From assembly GCA_937139605.1 (NCBI GenBank), contig CAKZQG010000043.1:6692-70691 (forward strand): a stretch of 64,000 nucleotides of DNA, given 5' to 3'. Each line of letters opens with the position of its first letter. Position 1 is the first letter of the stretch. Positions 28,896 through 38,686 of this stretch are shown piece by piece. Origin of the DNA: an uncultured bacterium. Lineage in GTDB: Bacteria > DRYD01. The position numbers and the translations under genes were made by a program. The notes under the pieces are model-generated. The model was not told where the DNA came from. It searched no databases and saw nothing but the letters and a program-made list of their open reading frames with translations.

Positions 28896-30098
28896 ATGGA
28901 AAAAATAAACCTACTAACAGATATAAAAAAAGTAATAGAGAGTTTTGCTTCATTAAATATAATAATTATTTTAAGAAATTCAATGATAAATATTATCCCC
29001 ATTATTTTAAGTGGAAGTTTTTTCCTATTATTCTTTAGTTTATTTGATTTAAAAATATTTAAAGATTTTTATATCCTAACAATGGGAGTAATAAGCATAT
29101 TTTTAAGTGTTTCAATAGGTTATAATTTTGCTTTACTTTATAATAAAGATAAAATCATATACTCTTTAATTTCTTTAGCTTCTTTTTTTGTAATACTTAA
29201 CATAAACGAAATAGAAAAAAGTAGATTCATATTAATTAAAGATTTATCTGCAGATAATATGTTTTTAAGTATAATTGTTAGTTTATTTAGTTGCTATTTT
29301 TTTAGCTATATTTACAATATAACCGGAAACATATTTAAAACCAAAGAAATCCCAGAATATGTTAAAAACAGTTTAAATTCCATTATCCCATTTTTTTTAA
29401 CTTTAATAGTTACTATTTTAATTTTCAAACATTTTAATTTAAAAGACATTTTAATTAATATATTAAAGCCATTAGATAAATTTGGAGATAGTTTAATAAC
29501 TGTGATATTATCTAATTTATTTTTACATATAATGAATTTATTTGGGATTCATGGGATATCGATAATAAATAGTGTATTATTAGCGTTATGGCAAAAATAT
29601 TTAGCAATAAATGCGGAAAGCTTTGCTAATAAATCTGAATTAATCTATATAACAGCGTACCCATTTTTTCAATGGTTTATATGGATAGGAGGAGCAGGTT
29701 CTACTTTGGGATTAAATATCTTACTTTTATTTAATAAAAATGAATATTTAAGGAATATAGGAAAGACAGGGATATTACCATCTTTATTTAATATAAATGA
29801 GCCTCTGTTGTTTGGATTACCTATTGTATTTAATCCTTTTTTTTATATTCCGTTTATATTAGTTCCGATAATAAACGGAGTAATTTCATATTTTGCTTTT
29901 TATTTTAATTTAGTTAATAAGGTATATATAGAGGTTCCGTGGTTTTTCCCTTATTTTATTGGAGCTTATCTATCAACAAATGACTACAAAGCTATAATCC
30001 TTAGCACTATTAACTTAGTTATCTCCATAATAATATACTATCCCTTCCTAAAAGCTTATCAACAATACTTAGAAAACAATAAAAATAAAAAAATTTAG
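28896..30098 (+). CDS. PTS sugar transporter subunit IIC, lactose/cellobiose family
   Basis: Multi-TM; FGIHG, WFIWIGGAGSTLGL, PSLFNINEPLLFGLPIVFNP. Confidence 0.9.
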   Translation: MEKINLLTDIKKVIESFASLNIIIILRNSMINIIPIILSGSFFLLFFSLFDLKIFKDFYILTMGVISIFLSVSIGYNFALLYNKDKIIYSLISLASFFVILNINEIEKSRFILIKDLSADNMFLSIIVSLFSCYFFSYIYNITGNIFKTKEIPEYVKNSLNSIIPFFLTLIVTILIFKHFNLKDILINILKPLDKFGDSLITVILSNLFLHIMNLFGIHGISIINSVLLALWQKYLAINAESFANKSELIYITAYPFFQWFIWIGGAGSTLGLNILLLFNKNEYLRNIGKTGILPSLFNINEPLLFGLPIVFNPFFYIPFILVPIINGVISYFAFYFNLVNKVYIEVPWFFPYFIGAYLSTNDYKAIILSTINLVISIIIYYPFLKAYQQYLENNKNKKI

Positions 30099-30166
30099 AA
30101 TATTAATAAAATTTTAATGATAAAAAATTAAAAAATATTTAAGGAATATCTATTTATTTTGGGATT

Positions 30167-30691
30167 TTAAGATTCAATACTAAAAATAAAACTCTTAACT
30201 AGCCTATTTTTATAAAATATAAAAACTTTAACCCTCATAATGTTAGGATTATTATTAGGATCATATTTCCAAACGCAAACCCTATATGAAAAATTATTAT
30301 TAACAAAATTATTTGTTAAGCTATTTAAATTAGCGTTATTCCTAAGAATATCATTAAGATTATTAGGAATAGAAACTACTCCTAAATCGTAAGTAGTAGC
30401 AGGTAAAGTAGTAGGAAAATTAGCACTATTATCATTTGGTGGTTGAACACTAGAAAAATTTCCTATACCAACATTAGTAACAATTGTTAAGGCATGCCTA
30501 ACAGCAGAATTAGCAACAAACTCAGCCTCAGTTAAAACATAAGTATTCCTAGAGATAGCATTAGATACATTGACCCTATAAGTCAAAGCCCCAAATAAAA
30601 CAAACAAGATTAATATTATAAATAAAAAAATAATTAACGCTACCCCTTTTGTAGATCTTTGCTTTTTAATTTTCTTAAGCACTATATCCAT
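30167..30691 (-). CDS. PilX-like type IV minor pilin
   Basis: KG|VALIIFLF prepilin-like site without Glu5; AEFVANSA motif; last gene of the operon. Confidence 0.65.
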   Translation of the reverse strand: MDIVLKKIKKQRSTKGVALIIFLFIILILFVLFGALTYRVNVSNAISRNTYVLTEAEFVANSAVRHALTIVTNVGIGNFSSVQPPNDNSANFPTTLPATTYDLGVVSIPNNLNDILRNNANLNSLTNNFVNNNFSYRVCVWKYDPNNNPNIMRVKVFIFYKNRLVKSFIFSIES

Positions 30692-30748
30692 AAAAACTTT
30701 CCTCCCTTAAAAAATGCTATAAATTATTCATAATTATTCATATAGGAT

Positions 30749-31846
30749 TCATATAGAAGGATTAACTATATTTTTTAACGTTACAACTCTATATAACATA
30801 TATCTTTTAAATCCATCATTTCCAGCATTTGTTAAAGGATTTCTATCCAATCCTATTAGATTTCTTATATTAGATCTTAAAACTATTGTATATCTTATCA
30901 TAGCAACTTTATCTTCTAAACTATTAGGAATAGAATCTCTCCAAACAGGCTCTCCATTATCTAAATCCACTTGATTATCATTATTTTCATCTAATGCAAC
31001 TTGTATATTAAAACTCTCAACATTTGATAACAAAACAACTGAACTAATAGGATTATCTGTCCTAAAATTATAAACCTCCCTTATCAAGTTATTATTAGCA
31101 TCTATATAATAACTCATTTTATAAATTTCCTTAGGTTTCATAACTCTAATATTATTGGATGGCAAATAATTTATTATATCTTTATTTAGATTTCCACCAT
31201 AAAACGATAAAGGTCTATGTTGTAAATGATTAGCATTATATTGAACTTTAGTGATATAAAATAATACTCCCACCCAATTTCCATTAGCATCTGGAGCATA
31301 AGCTATAACATAATAAGGCTGAACTCCATTATTATTAGGATTATTTCCTTGCATATTAGGATCAGGCCACATAGCTTGAAAACTAGGATCACTCATATTA
31401 ACTACCGAAGGATCCACATCTATTTCTGCAGAATTACCGCCTCCTAAAGCAGTAGCAGAACCTATATATGCTAAATTATTTTCCTGAATATCGAAATAAT
31501 AAAAACTAATAGTATCCTTATCATTATTATTAGTTAACTTAATTTTTCTTACATCAGATGCAATATTATTATTAATAACTTGTCCATTTTGATCTACATA
31601 ATAAAAGCTACTTAAAACTACTCCATCTTGAAGTGCTGTATAACCAGCGTTTCCAAAATCGTAATCCATAACAGCTAGCGCTGAATTTATTTTCATCTGA
31701 AAAATAGAAATCTGATCAATAGTTTTCGATGATTTTTGGTAATATATTATAATCTGTATTAAAAATAAAACAATTAAAGATAACAAGGTAGAATATATTA
31801 AAATTTCTATTAAAGAGAACGCACTTTTTTTATATGTTTTTTTCAT
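30749..31846 (-). CDS. PilW-like type IV minor pilin
   Basis: KSA|FSLIEIL N-methylation motif; D..NAGY; LSNVESFNIQ near the C-terminus. Confidence 0.75.
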   Translation of the reverse strand: MKKTYKKSAFSLIEILIYSTLLSLIVLFLIQIIIYYQKSSKTIDQISIFQMKINSALAVMDYDFGNAGYTALQDGVVLSSFYYVDQNGQVINNNIASDVRKIKLTNNNDKDTISFYYFDIQENNLAYIGSATALGGGNSAEIDVDPSVVNMSDPSFQAMWPDPNMQGNNPNNNGVQPYYVIAYAPDANGNWVGVLFYITKVQYNANHLQHRPLSFYGGNLNKDIINYLPSNNIRVMKPKEIYKMSYYIDANNNLIREVYNFRTDNPISSVVLLSNVESFNIQVALDENNDNQVDLDNGEPVWRDSIPNSLEDKVAMIRYTIVLRSNIRNLIGLDRNPLTNAGNDGFKRYMLYRVVTLKNIVNPSI

Positions 31847-31893
31847 ACCATTCTATCCTCCTTTAATTTATTTAATTTATTTAATTTATTTAA

Positions 31894-32448
31894 TTAATTT
31901 CTAATTTTCCTTATATTAATATCCCCACCAGGATTTAAAGTTATAGAATATCTATAGCTAACTCTAGTATTAATTAGATTAATAGTTATTAAGTTAAACT
32001 GATTATTATTGGGAAGAATAACAAAACCTAAACTATTAAATTTAAAAATAATAACATTAGGATTAAAAGTATTAATAATCTGATTAATTGAAGGAAAAGA
32101 TATAATAATATTTTGAATAGAGCTATTTCTATTATTAAAATCATTGAATATATTTCTAGAGTCTATAACTACTGGATCATTATTATCAAAAGAATTACTT
32201 CTATTAGCATCGATAAATATTAAAAAATTTCTATTATCTAAAGCAATAAATCCTACTTCATAGAGATTAATTATAGCCGCTGTTTTAGCTCTATACAAAG
32301 CATTATAAAGCCCATTGCTCCAACTATCAAACTTAACATTCTCAGGAAAAAAAAGAGGAGTAGCTATAGTAACTAAAATAACAAACACACTAATTACTAT
32401 TACTAACTCCACTAAAGAAAATCCTTTCTTAGACTTTATAAGCTCCAT
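31894..32448 (-). CDS. FimT/GspH-like type IV minor pilin
   Basis: KKG|FSLVELVIVI; LYRAKTAAI; FIDANRSNSFD; FKFNSLG. Confidence 0.75.
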   Translation of the reverse strand: MELIKSKKGFSLVELVIVISVFVILVTIATPLFFPENVKFDSWSNGLYNALYRAKTAAIINLYEVGFIALDNRNFLIFIDANRSNSFDNNDPVVIDSRNIFNDFNNRNSSIQNIIISFPSINQIINTFNPNVIIFKFNSLGFVILPNNNQFNLITINLINTRVSYRYSITLNPGGDINIRKIRN

Positions 32449-32484
32449 ATTCCCTCCTTAATGATATTAATTTTAATTATAAAA

Positions 32485-32892
32485 TTATATAAAACTTTCT
32501 AACTTAACTTCTAAATTTCTATTACCTGTTCTAATTCTTGGGCTCTGAACCCTTATTGTTAATTTTCTTAAACCTAAATTAGTAGTATAATTTCCATTAT
32601 CTTGAATAGAAATATTAACTATATAAGAAAGATTCCCAACATTATGATTAAAATTTCTAGTTCCTGTGCTTTGCCCTCTTGGAAAATATGAATATATTTC
32701 CATATAACTTTTAGCAATACTTAAGCAGTTTAAGTATTCTGTTTGTCTATAAGTAGATACTACTAAATTAGTTAAGCCCTCTATAACTAAAAACAAAGTA
32801 CCTACTGATAAAGCCACAACAACCAATATCTCAATTAAAGTTATTCCCTTCCTATTTTTTGTTTTTATTTCATTTATTTTATTTAATATCAT
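32485..32892 (-). CDS. PilV-like type IV minor pilin
   Basis: RKG|ITLIEILVVVAL; short 135-aa protein. Confidence 0.75.
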   Translation of the reverse strand: MILNKINEIKTKNRKGITLIEILVVVALSVGTLFLVIEGLTNLVVSTYRQTEYLNCLSIAKSYMEIYSYFPRGQSTGTRNFNHNVGNLSYIVNISIQDNGNYTTNLGLRKLTIRVQSPRIRTGNRNLEVKLESFI

Positions 32893-32894
32893 TA

Positions 32895-35150
32895 TTACCT
32901 TACCTCTTTCCAGTTAGTTATTCTTATAGATCTTGGAGTAGAAATATAACTTAAATTTATTCCATTAATATTAATAGTATTAGTTAAAGCAGTAATTGAA
33001 TTACCAGTTAAATCATTAGTAGTAGTAGTTCTCATAGAAGCCGGAACTATTATTTCAATTTTATAAGCTAAGGAAGCTCCTTTCATTTTAGGAGTACCTG
33101 TATTTTGCCAAACACCATTATTAATTCTGTATTGAACAAAATTAGAATTAGAAGGCCAAAAATTAAATTCTACTATCAAAGAGCCAGGCATTGGATTAGT
33201 TAATTGATTAGTAGAAACCCAAACAGGATTTCCTCCATTAAAACTATTAGCCATATATATTTTTAAATCATAACCATTAGAGTTTCCATTAATTGTTAAA
33301 GTAGCTTGTTTAATATAAAATCTTCCTCTATTGTAATTATAAGCATCCTGATCACTACCAACTAATGATATAAAATCCTTAGATTCCAAAATAAATCTAT
33401 CAGCATTAATATAATTATTCCCTAATTGTTCAAAAGTAAATAAAGTTCGCGAATGATTACCATCAGTAGCAACTATATCAAAAGCACTAGGATTAGATAA
33501 ATTCATAATAGATAGCCCATCAAAATCTGCATTTAGATTATCATTAGTTAATGCATATTGTCCTAAGAAATAACCTTTAAATTTTACATTGGTATTGCTT
33601 CCTTGATTAACTGAAGAATTAATAAAAGTATAAATCCTACCCCCAGGTTTAGATAAAACAACATTATTCCTATCTTTAAACATAATAGAGTAATTACTCA
33701 TATTAGAAGGAGAATAATTCCAATTATCAGTAGTTATAGATATATCTAATCTTCCATCGCGATTAAAATCAACTAATGTTATATTATTAGCAGCACCAAC
33801 ATACTCCGGATTGGGTGGGTTATTTGGATTACTTGAATTTACTTGAGTATTAGGGCCCTTATAATCCATACTTTCTACTACATTAGTATTCCTACTTGGA
33901 TTATTCTGATTATTTTTTGTATATAATGATATAACATTTTGTCCATTACTTAAAAACGGAGAATTATTATTAGTATTGGGAGTAGAATTAGGATTAAAAT
34001 TAGGATTACCTTTAAATATTTTAATATCAGGACTATCAGTATTAGCTACAACTAAATCAATTGTTCCATCATTATCTATATCCCCTAAATCTATTACCAA
34101 ATTACCCTTTTTGCCATTATTAAAACCAGTTGATAAACCTGTTTGATTTGAAGTCATTATTTTTATAGGATTTCCAAAAGTTATAGTATTAGATCCTGGA
34201 GTAGTTGTATTAGGAACATACCATATATTCCCATCTGCTCCCGCTATTATAATATCTTCTCTATTATCATTATTAAAGTCAATAGGAACTCTTCTTACGT
34301 TTCCATCTTGAACAATAAGAGCACGTGATTTCACAGCATCCGAAGTCCATTGAACATAAACTCGATCCCAAGTAGTCCCAGTAGAACTACCAGGAGTTAT
34401 AGTATTAATTTGATTAAAACTAAGATTACCTATATTATCTATTCTCCCACTTATACTATAAGCTCCCTCTATTTTTGAATAAGTATTATCAGGTTCATTA
34501 GAACCTATAACAAAAATATCAGGAATATTATCATTATTAAAATCTCCAATAGTAGCTGCATTAAAATTATGATTTATCCCACTATTTGTATAATCTGCTA
34601 TCTGAATTACATTAATATTGCTCCCCTGCTTTACTATTTTATTTATTTTTCTATTAAAAGTAATCCCTATACCAAATGAAGGGGTTAAAGTTGAATCCCA
34701 TAACACTATAGCATTATAATTCCCTCCGGGATTAATTAAAGAAGGAGCACTAAAATTAAAGTCAGTTACCACTTGAGAAAATTGCAAAGAATACCAAGTT
34801 CCATTTGATCTTACAAACCAAACATTAGGAACTCTATTTGAATTCAATATAGCATATGCATCCCTTAGCAAACTATTATTAAATACATTATACGGGTAAA
34901 TAATGTTATTAGTTGCTCCACTTGGTAAATTTATATTAGCTCCAATAATATCATTAACTCCTAAAAAATTAGAGTAATTACTTAAATAATTAGTGGGTAT
35001 TGTATTAACGTAGCTAGAAAAATTAGAATTTAAGAAACCAGGGGCATCTTTTACAGCATCAACTCCTGCTAAGGAAAATCTAAAAAAAATCGCAATAACT
35101 AAAATCATAAATATAGATAGTATGTAGAACCTCAAGATAAAATTTTTCAT
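32895..35150 (-). CDS. Secreted FG-GAP/VCBS-repeat protein, putative PilY1-like pilus tip adhesin
   Basis: Signal peptide; GDFNNDNIPDI, DFNNDNREDII, GDIDNDGTIDLVV, DFNRDGRLDI repeats; C-terminal ITNWKEVR like the SWRE ending of PilY1; first gene of a minor-pilin operon. Confidence 0.65.
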   Translation of the reverse strand: MKNFILRFYILSIFMILVIAIFFRFSLAGVDAVKDAPGFLNSNFSSYVNTIPTNYLSNYSNFLGVNDIIGANINLPSGATNNIIYPYNVFNNSLLRDAYAILNSNRVPNVWFVRSNGTWYSLQFSQVVTDFNFSAPSLINPGGNYNAIVLWDSTLTPSFGIGITFNRKINKIVKQGSNINVIQIADYTNSGINHNFNAATIGDFNNDNIPDIFVIGSNEPDNTYSKIEGAYSISGRIDNIGNLSFNQINTITPGSSTGTTWDRVYVQWTSDAVKSRALIVQDGNVRRVPIDFNNDNREDIIIAGADGNIWYVPNTTTPGSNTITFGNPIKIMTSNQTGLSTGFNNGKKGNLVIDLGDIDNDGTIDLVVANTDSPDIKIFKGNPNFNPNSTPNTNNNSPFLSNGQNVISLYTKNNQNNPSRNTNVVESMDYKGPNTQVNSSNPNNPPNPEYVGAANNITLVDFNRDGRLDISITTDNWNYSPSNMSNYSIMFKDRNNVVLSKPGGRIYTFINSSVNQGSNTNVKFKGYFLGQYALTNDNLNADFDGLSIMNLSNPSAFDIVATDGNHSRTLFTFEQLGNNYINADRFILESKDFISLVGSDQDAYNYNRGRFYIKQATLTINGNSNGYDLKIYMANSFNGGNPVWVSTNQLTNPMPGSLIVEFNFWPSNSNFVQYRINNGVWQNTGTPKMKGASLAYKIEIIVPASMRTTTTNDLTGNSITALTNTININGINLSYISTPRSIRITNWKEVR

Positions 35151-35198
35151 AATATTTTTTCCCTCCTTAATTATTAATTATAAATATTCTCACTTATA

Positions 35199-35280
35199 AT
35201 TATAATAATTTTTTTTAAAAAGTCAAGTATTTAGTGGGGGGGGGGAATTGTAAAATGTTTGTTAAATTTATTAAATTATT
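35199..35280 (-). promoter_or_regulatory. Promoter of pilus operon 1 with C10 tract (copy A of duplicated promoter)
   Basis: On the minus strand: TTAACA-aacat-TTTACA (35265-35249), C10 (35245-35236), TTGACT (35226-35221), 16 nt, TATAAT (35204-35199). Near-identical to 60929-61009. Confidence 0.85.
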
Positions 35281-35323
35281 TTCAAAATTATTAATTAATT
35301 AAAATATTTTTGTAAAAAAATTG

Positions 35324-35722
35324 TTAAAAATAAATAATTAACAAAGAATTAGCAACTGTTAAATCCCTTTCATGTGAAATACTTACTTTAACTATAAAAT
35401 CTTTAACATCCTTACTAAAAAAATTTGATAATTTAACTAAAATATAATCTTTATTAACAAAATCTACAGAATTATTTAAAATCGAGATAGAATTAAAATT
35501 AATCTTAAAAGATAAGGCTTTAATGATAGCTTCTTTAGCAGCAAACCTACCCGCTAAAAACTCTACCCTTCTTTTATAATTAAATATCTTACTATATCTT
35601 TCAATTTCAAAAATACTTAAAACCCTTTTAATAAATCTAAAATTATAAATATTTTTTGATATTCTTTTATTATAAACAATATCTATCCCTGTATTAATAA
35701 AGAAGTGATCATTAAATAACAT
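35324..35722 (-). CDS. acpS: Holo-ACP synthase
   Basis: GIDIV, FLAGRFAAKEAIIKA, VSISHERD. Confidence 0.93.
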   Translation of the reverse strand: MLFNDHFFINTGIDIVYNKRISKNIYNFRFIKRVLSIFEIERYSKIFNYKRRVEFLAGRFAAKEAIIKALSFKINFNSISILNNSVDFVNKDYILVKLSNFFSKDVKDFIVKVSISHERDLTVANSLLIIYF

Positions 35723-35728
35723 TAATTA

Positions 35729-37354
35729 TTATTTATTTTCATCAACCCAAGTTTTTTTAAGGATTTCAGCGATTTCATTAGGATTAGATTTAGCAACCTG
35801 CTCTATTTCAGTAACTAATGTTTTAAATTCCACATTTTCTTGAGTAGCTTCAGATTTATTTCCCAACTTATCAGTAGTTAAATCCACAACAGTATTAGAA
35901 GTGACTTCTTCTTTTTGAGAGTAATTAGGAGCTATATTAATAGCCATTCTATCATAACTTAGTTTATTTTGCTTAAATAAGAAAACCCCCAATACTCCCA
36001 AAGCCCCTATAGCTGCTACAGATGCTAAAAATATAACTAAAGATTGTATAGGGAACGAATTAGATTTAACAGGAACAGCTGGAGGAGCTACTACTACAGG
36101 ATTAGAAACTTGATTAGTACTATTAGCAAAGAACGGTAAATTAACTACAGCTATACTGTCCCCTCTTTCCTCTTTTAATCCAATGGCATTTTTAATATAT
36201 TGTTGTACTTGAGCTTTAGTAGAATCAGATACATTATTTAAAGCCACTGCTACAGTTATTCTCTTTATAGAAGACCCGGGGTTTTTAACTACTTCAGTAA
36301 CTACTTGATCCACTTTTTGATTAACAATAGTTTGTTGTTGAATTTCACTAGCATTTTCTTTATTTTTATCTAAAGCTCCACCTTCATATTGTTTTGTTTT
36401 TTTAGTTTCTTGTTTAGATAAAACCTTAGAATTAGGATCATCAGGAAGCCCATATTGTTCTCGATATATCTTGATCCTATCCCAATCCAGTTCAACATCA
36501 ACATTAACAGTATAATTCCCTACCCCTAATATTTGATCTAATGATTGAGTTAATTTAGAAACATACATATTTTCTACTTTTTGCTTAATTCCAAAGGTAT
36601 CTTCCACAGGGTTAACTGCATTAGGGTTTAATATCCTTCCATTAACTACTAAAGATATATTATTAGAATCTAAACCTTCTACAGAATTAGCAACAGTTTG
36701 AATAATAGCACTCGCTTCTTCATTAGATAAGGATTTTGCGGGAAAAGTATTTAAAATAATAGACGCCTTAACAGGTTCCTTAGTTTCAGATAAGGGATCG
36801 TTCTTAGGAATAGCTAAGGAAACATTAACATTACTAATTTTATCTGGATAAAACTCCTTTATTTTAGTAGATAATGCATATTCTGTAGATTGTTTTATAT
36901 AGTTTTCCCAAGCTTCCTTAGTGGTACCTGGCGGAGGAGCTTTTAACTCAGGAGCAACATTAGGTTTTATAAACCCTTGCTTTACTACATCAGTATAAAC
37001 CCTATTATGATACTTAGGATGAATATAAACTTGCCCTAAAGCATCATCTATCCTATATTCTTTTATACCATTATTTTCTAAGTAATTTTTAACGTTAGCT
37101 AACTGAGCTTTATCCAATTTACCCCCAGGATAAAGCGGAATATACTCATTAGATTTAGAATACAAAAATATAGTAATACCAATAGCAATAATTAAGATAA
37201 TAACAACAGCAATAATAGCTTTTTGAGTATTATTGAGATTTTTTAAAGTTTCAAATAATTGATTAGGTGAAGCTGTAGGAGAAGCCGCTCCTGCTTGAGT
37301 TAATCTAGTATTAGTAGGTCGCGTTGGTCTAGTAGAACCAGGTCTAACTGTCAC
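35729..37354 (-). CDS. fliF: FliF-like (flagellar MS-ring / SctJ family) basal-body ring protein, orphan
   Basis: N-terminal TM then EYIPLY..LD...NV..YLE..GI; VNVSLAIP, SIILN, IIQTVANSVEGLDSNNISLV; LGVGNYTVNVDVELDWD; IKRITVAVALN; AIGLKEERGDSIAVVNLPF; C-terminal TM; ends NPNEIAEILKKTW. Confidence 0.8.
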   Translation of the reverse strand: MTVRPGSTRPTRPTNTRLTQAGAASPTASPNQLFETLKNLNNTQKAIIAVVIILIIAIGITIFLYSKSNEYIPLYPGGKLDKAQLANVKNYLENNGIKEYRIDDALGQVYIHPKYHNRVYTDVVKQGFIKPNVAPELKAPPPGTTKEAWENYIKQSTEYALSTKIKEFYPDKISNVNVSLAIPKNDPLSETKEPVKASIILNTFPAKSLSNEEASAIIQTVANSVEGLDSNNISLVVNGRILNPNAVNPVEDTFGIKQKVENMYVSKLTQSLDQILGVGNYTVNVDVELDWDRIKIYREQYGLPDDPNSKVLSKQETKKTKQYEGGALDKNKENASEIQQQTIVNQKVDQVVTEVVKNPGSSIKRITVAVALNNVSDSTKAQVQQYIKNAIGLKEERGDSIAVVNLPFFANSTNQVSNPVVVAPPAVPVKSNSFPIQSLVIFLASVAAIGALGVLGVFLFKQNKLSYDRMAINIAPNYSQKEEVTSNTVVDLTTDKLGNKSEATQENVEFKTLVTEIEQVAKSNPNEIAEILKKTWVDENK

Positions 37355-37435
37355 AAACTATCCCCCCTTTATATCTTTAATCCTATTATATATTTTAAAT
37401 AAAAATTAAAAAATCCCCTATAAAATATTAAAAAA

Positions 37436-37452
37436 TTAACATCTTTTTTACA
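37436..37452. promoter_or_regulatory. TTAACA-N5-TTTACA box upstream of the FliF-like gene
   Basis: Exact TTAACA-tcttt-TTTACA in the intergenic region. Confidence 0.6.
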
Positions 37453-37489
37453 AAAAATAATTTAAATTTTTAAATTATTAAATTTCAAA

Positions 37490-38686
37490 TTATTCTTGAA
37501 CAACAGCCAAATCAGTTCTTATTTTATTTTCATCAAAAACATCCGATAACCTAAAATTAAAATAATTAGAATATTTATCTAATTGATTTAGTATATATTC
37601 TTTAGCAAAAGAATCTATATTTTCTTTAATAACAACATCCAAATTATTAATTTCATTTATTAATACTGCTTTAATTCCTTTATTTTCAAAATAATCTTCT
37701 AAAACTTTTAAAGATTTATTAGTAGATACCAAAATAATAGCATAAGGCTTATAAGATGAATAATAAATATCTAAAAAGAAAACATTATGGATTTTAAAAT
37801 CTTCGTTAAGGAAAGATATAACAATCGGCTTTGATAATTCATTATATATTAAGTTTTTACAAACTTCGACTAAATCTAAATACAATTGCTCTCCCATAGT
37901 GTCTCTTAATTTTTTATAAACATATTCAGCAAAAACCATATTATCAGAAAGAATATAATTAGAAACTTCAGTTAAAGTTAAAATTTCTTCCATTCTTTCA
38001 TCTTTTATACTTTTTCCACAATGAAAACACTTAATCCCAACACTTTGATTTAAGATATCTAAATTAGCGGCTTGTATAATTTGCCTACCAGTTTCTTTAC
38101 ATATAAAAACATACTCGTTTGATAAAAAATTCTTACTTAATAGTTCATTTAAATCTTCTTGATTAACATTTAAAACTTTTATTAAATCGCTTCTAAATAA
38201 AGAAGTCCCAACTTCTTTTATCCTCTTTAAAAGCAAATAACTATTAGTATCTAAAATAGAAATATATTTAATTATATCATCATTTATGTTTAATTCAGTA
38301 ACTGGATTAAATAATTCAACTTCAGTTTTCAAAACATTAAATTCAAATTCAATGTTTTTATTAGTACAAAATTTTTCAAAAACCTTTTTATAAGCTTCAA
38401 AAATCTTTAATTCCTCAAAATCATTATATACAAATAGTAAATAAATTTTATTAGATTTAGAAAAATCTATTAAAAAAGCTGTTTTATCTTTAACAAAAAT
38501 TTCTACATCCTGTTCAAAAACTATAGTCTTTAAATCTTTAGGATCTTTTGAAAAAGAAAATAACTTATATAAATTAACTTTAGTAGAATTAATAACGGGA
38601 TTCCCTAACTTAGAGAAATAATTAATAATATCCGATTTATAATTAAATTCTTGATTTAAATTAAAAATTGCTTCTAGATATTTCAT
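37490..38686 (-). CDS. Hypothetical protein with possible zinc-ribbon segment
   Basis: 398-aa ORF abutting aspS; CKETG...CFHCG. Confidence 0.65.
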   Translation of the reverse strand: MKYLEAIFNLNQEFNYKSDIINYFSKLGNPVINSTKVNLYKLFSFSKDPKDLKTIVFEQDVEIFVKDKTAFLIDFSKSNKIYLLFVYNDFEELKIFEAYKKVFEKFCTNKNIEFEFNVLKTEVELFNPVTELNINDDIIKYISILDTNSYLLLKRIKEVGTSLFRSDLIKVLNVNQEDLNELLSKNFLSNEYVFICKETGRQIIQAANLDILNQSVGIKCFHCGKSIKDERMEEILTLTEVSNYILSDNMVFAEYVYKKLRDTMGEQLYLDLVEVCKNLIYNELSKPIVISFLNEDFKIHNVFFLDIYYSSYKPYAIILVSTNKSLKVLEDYFENKGIKAVLINEINNLDVVIKENIDSFAKEYILNQLDKYSNYFNFRLSDVFDENKIRTDLAVVQE

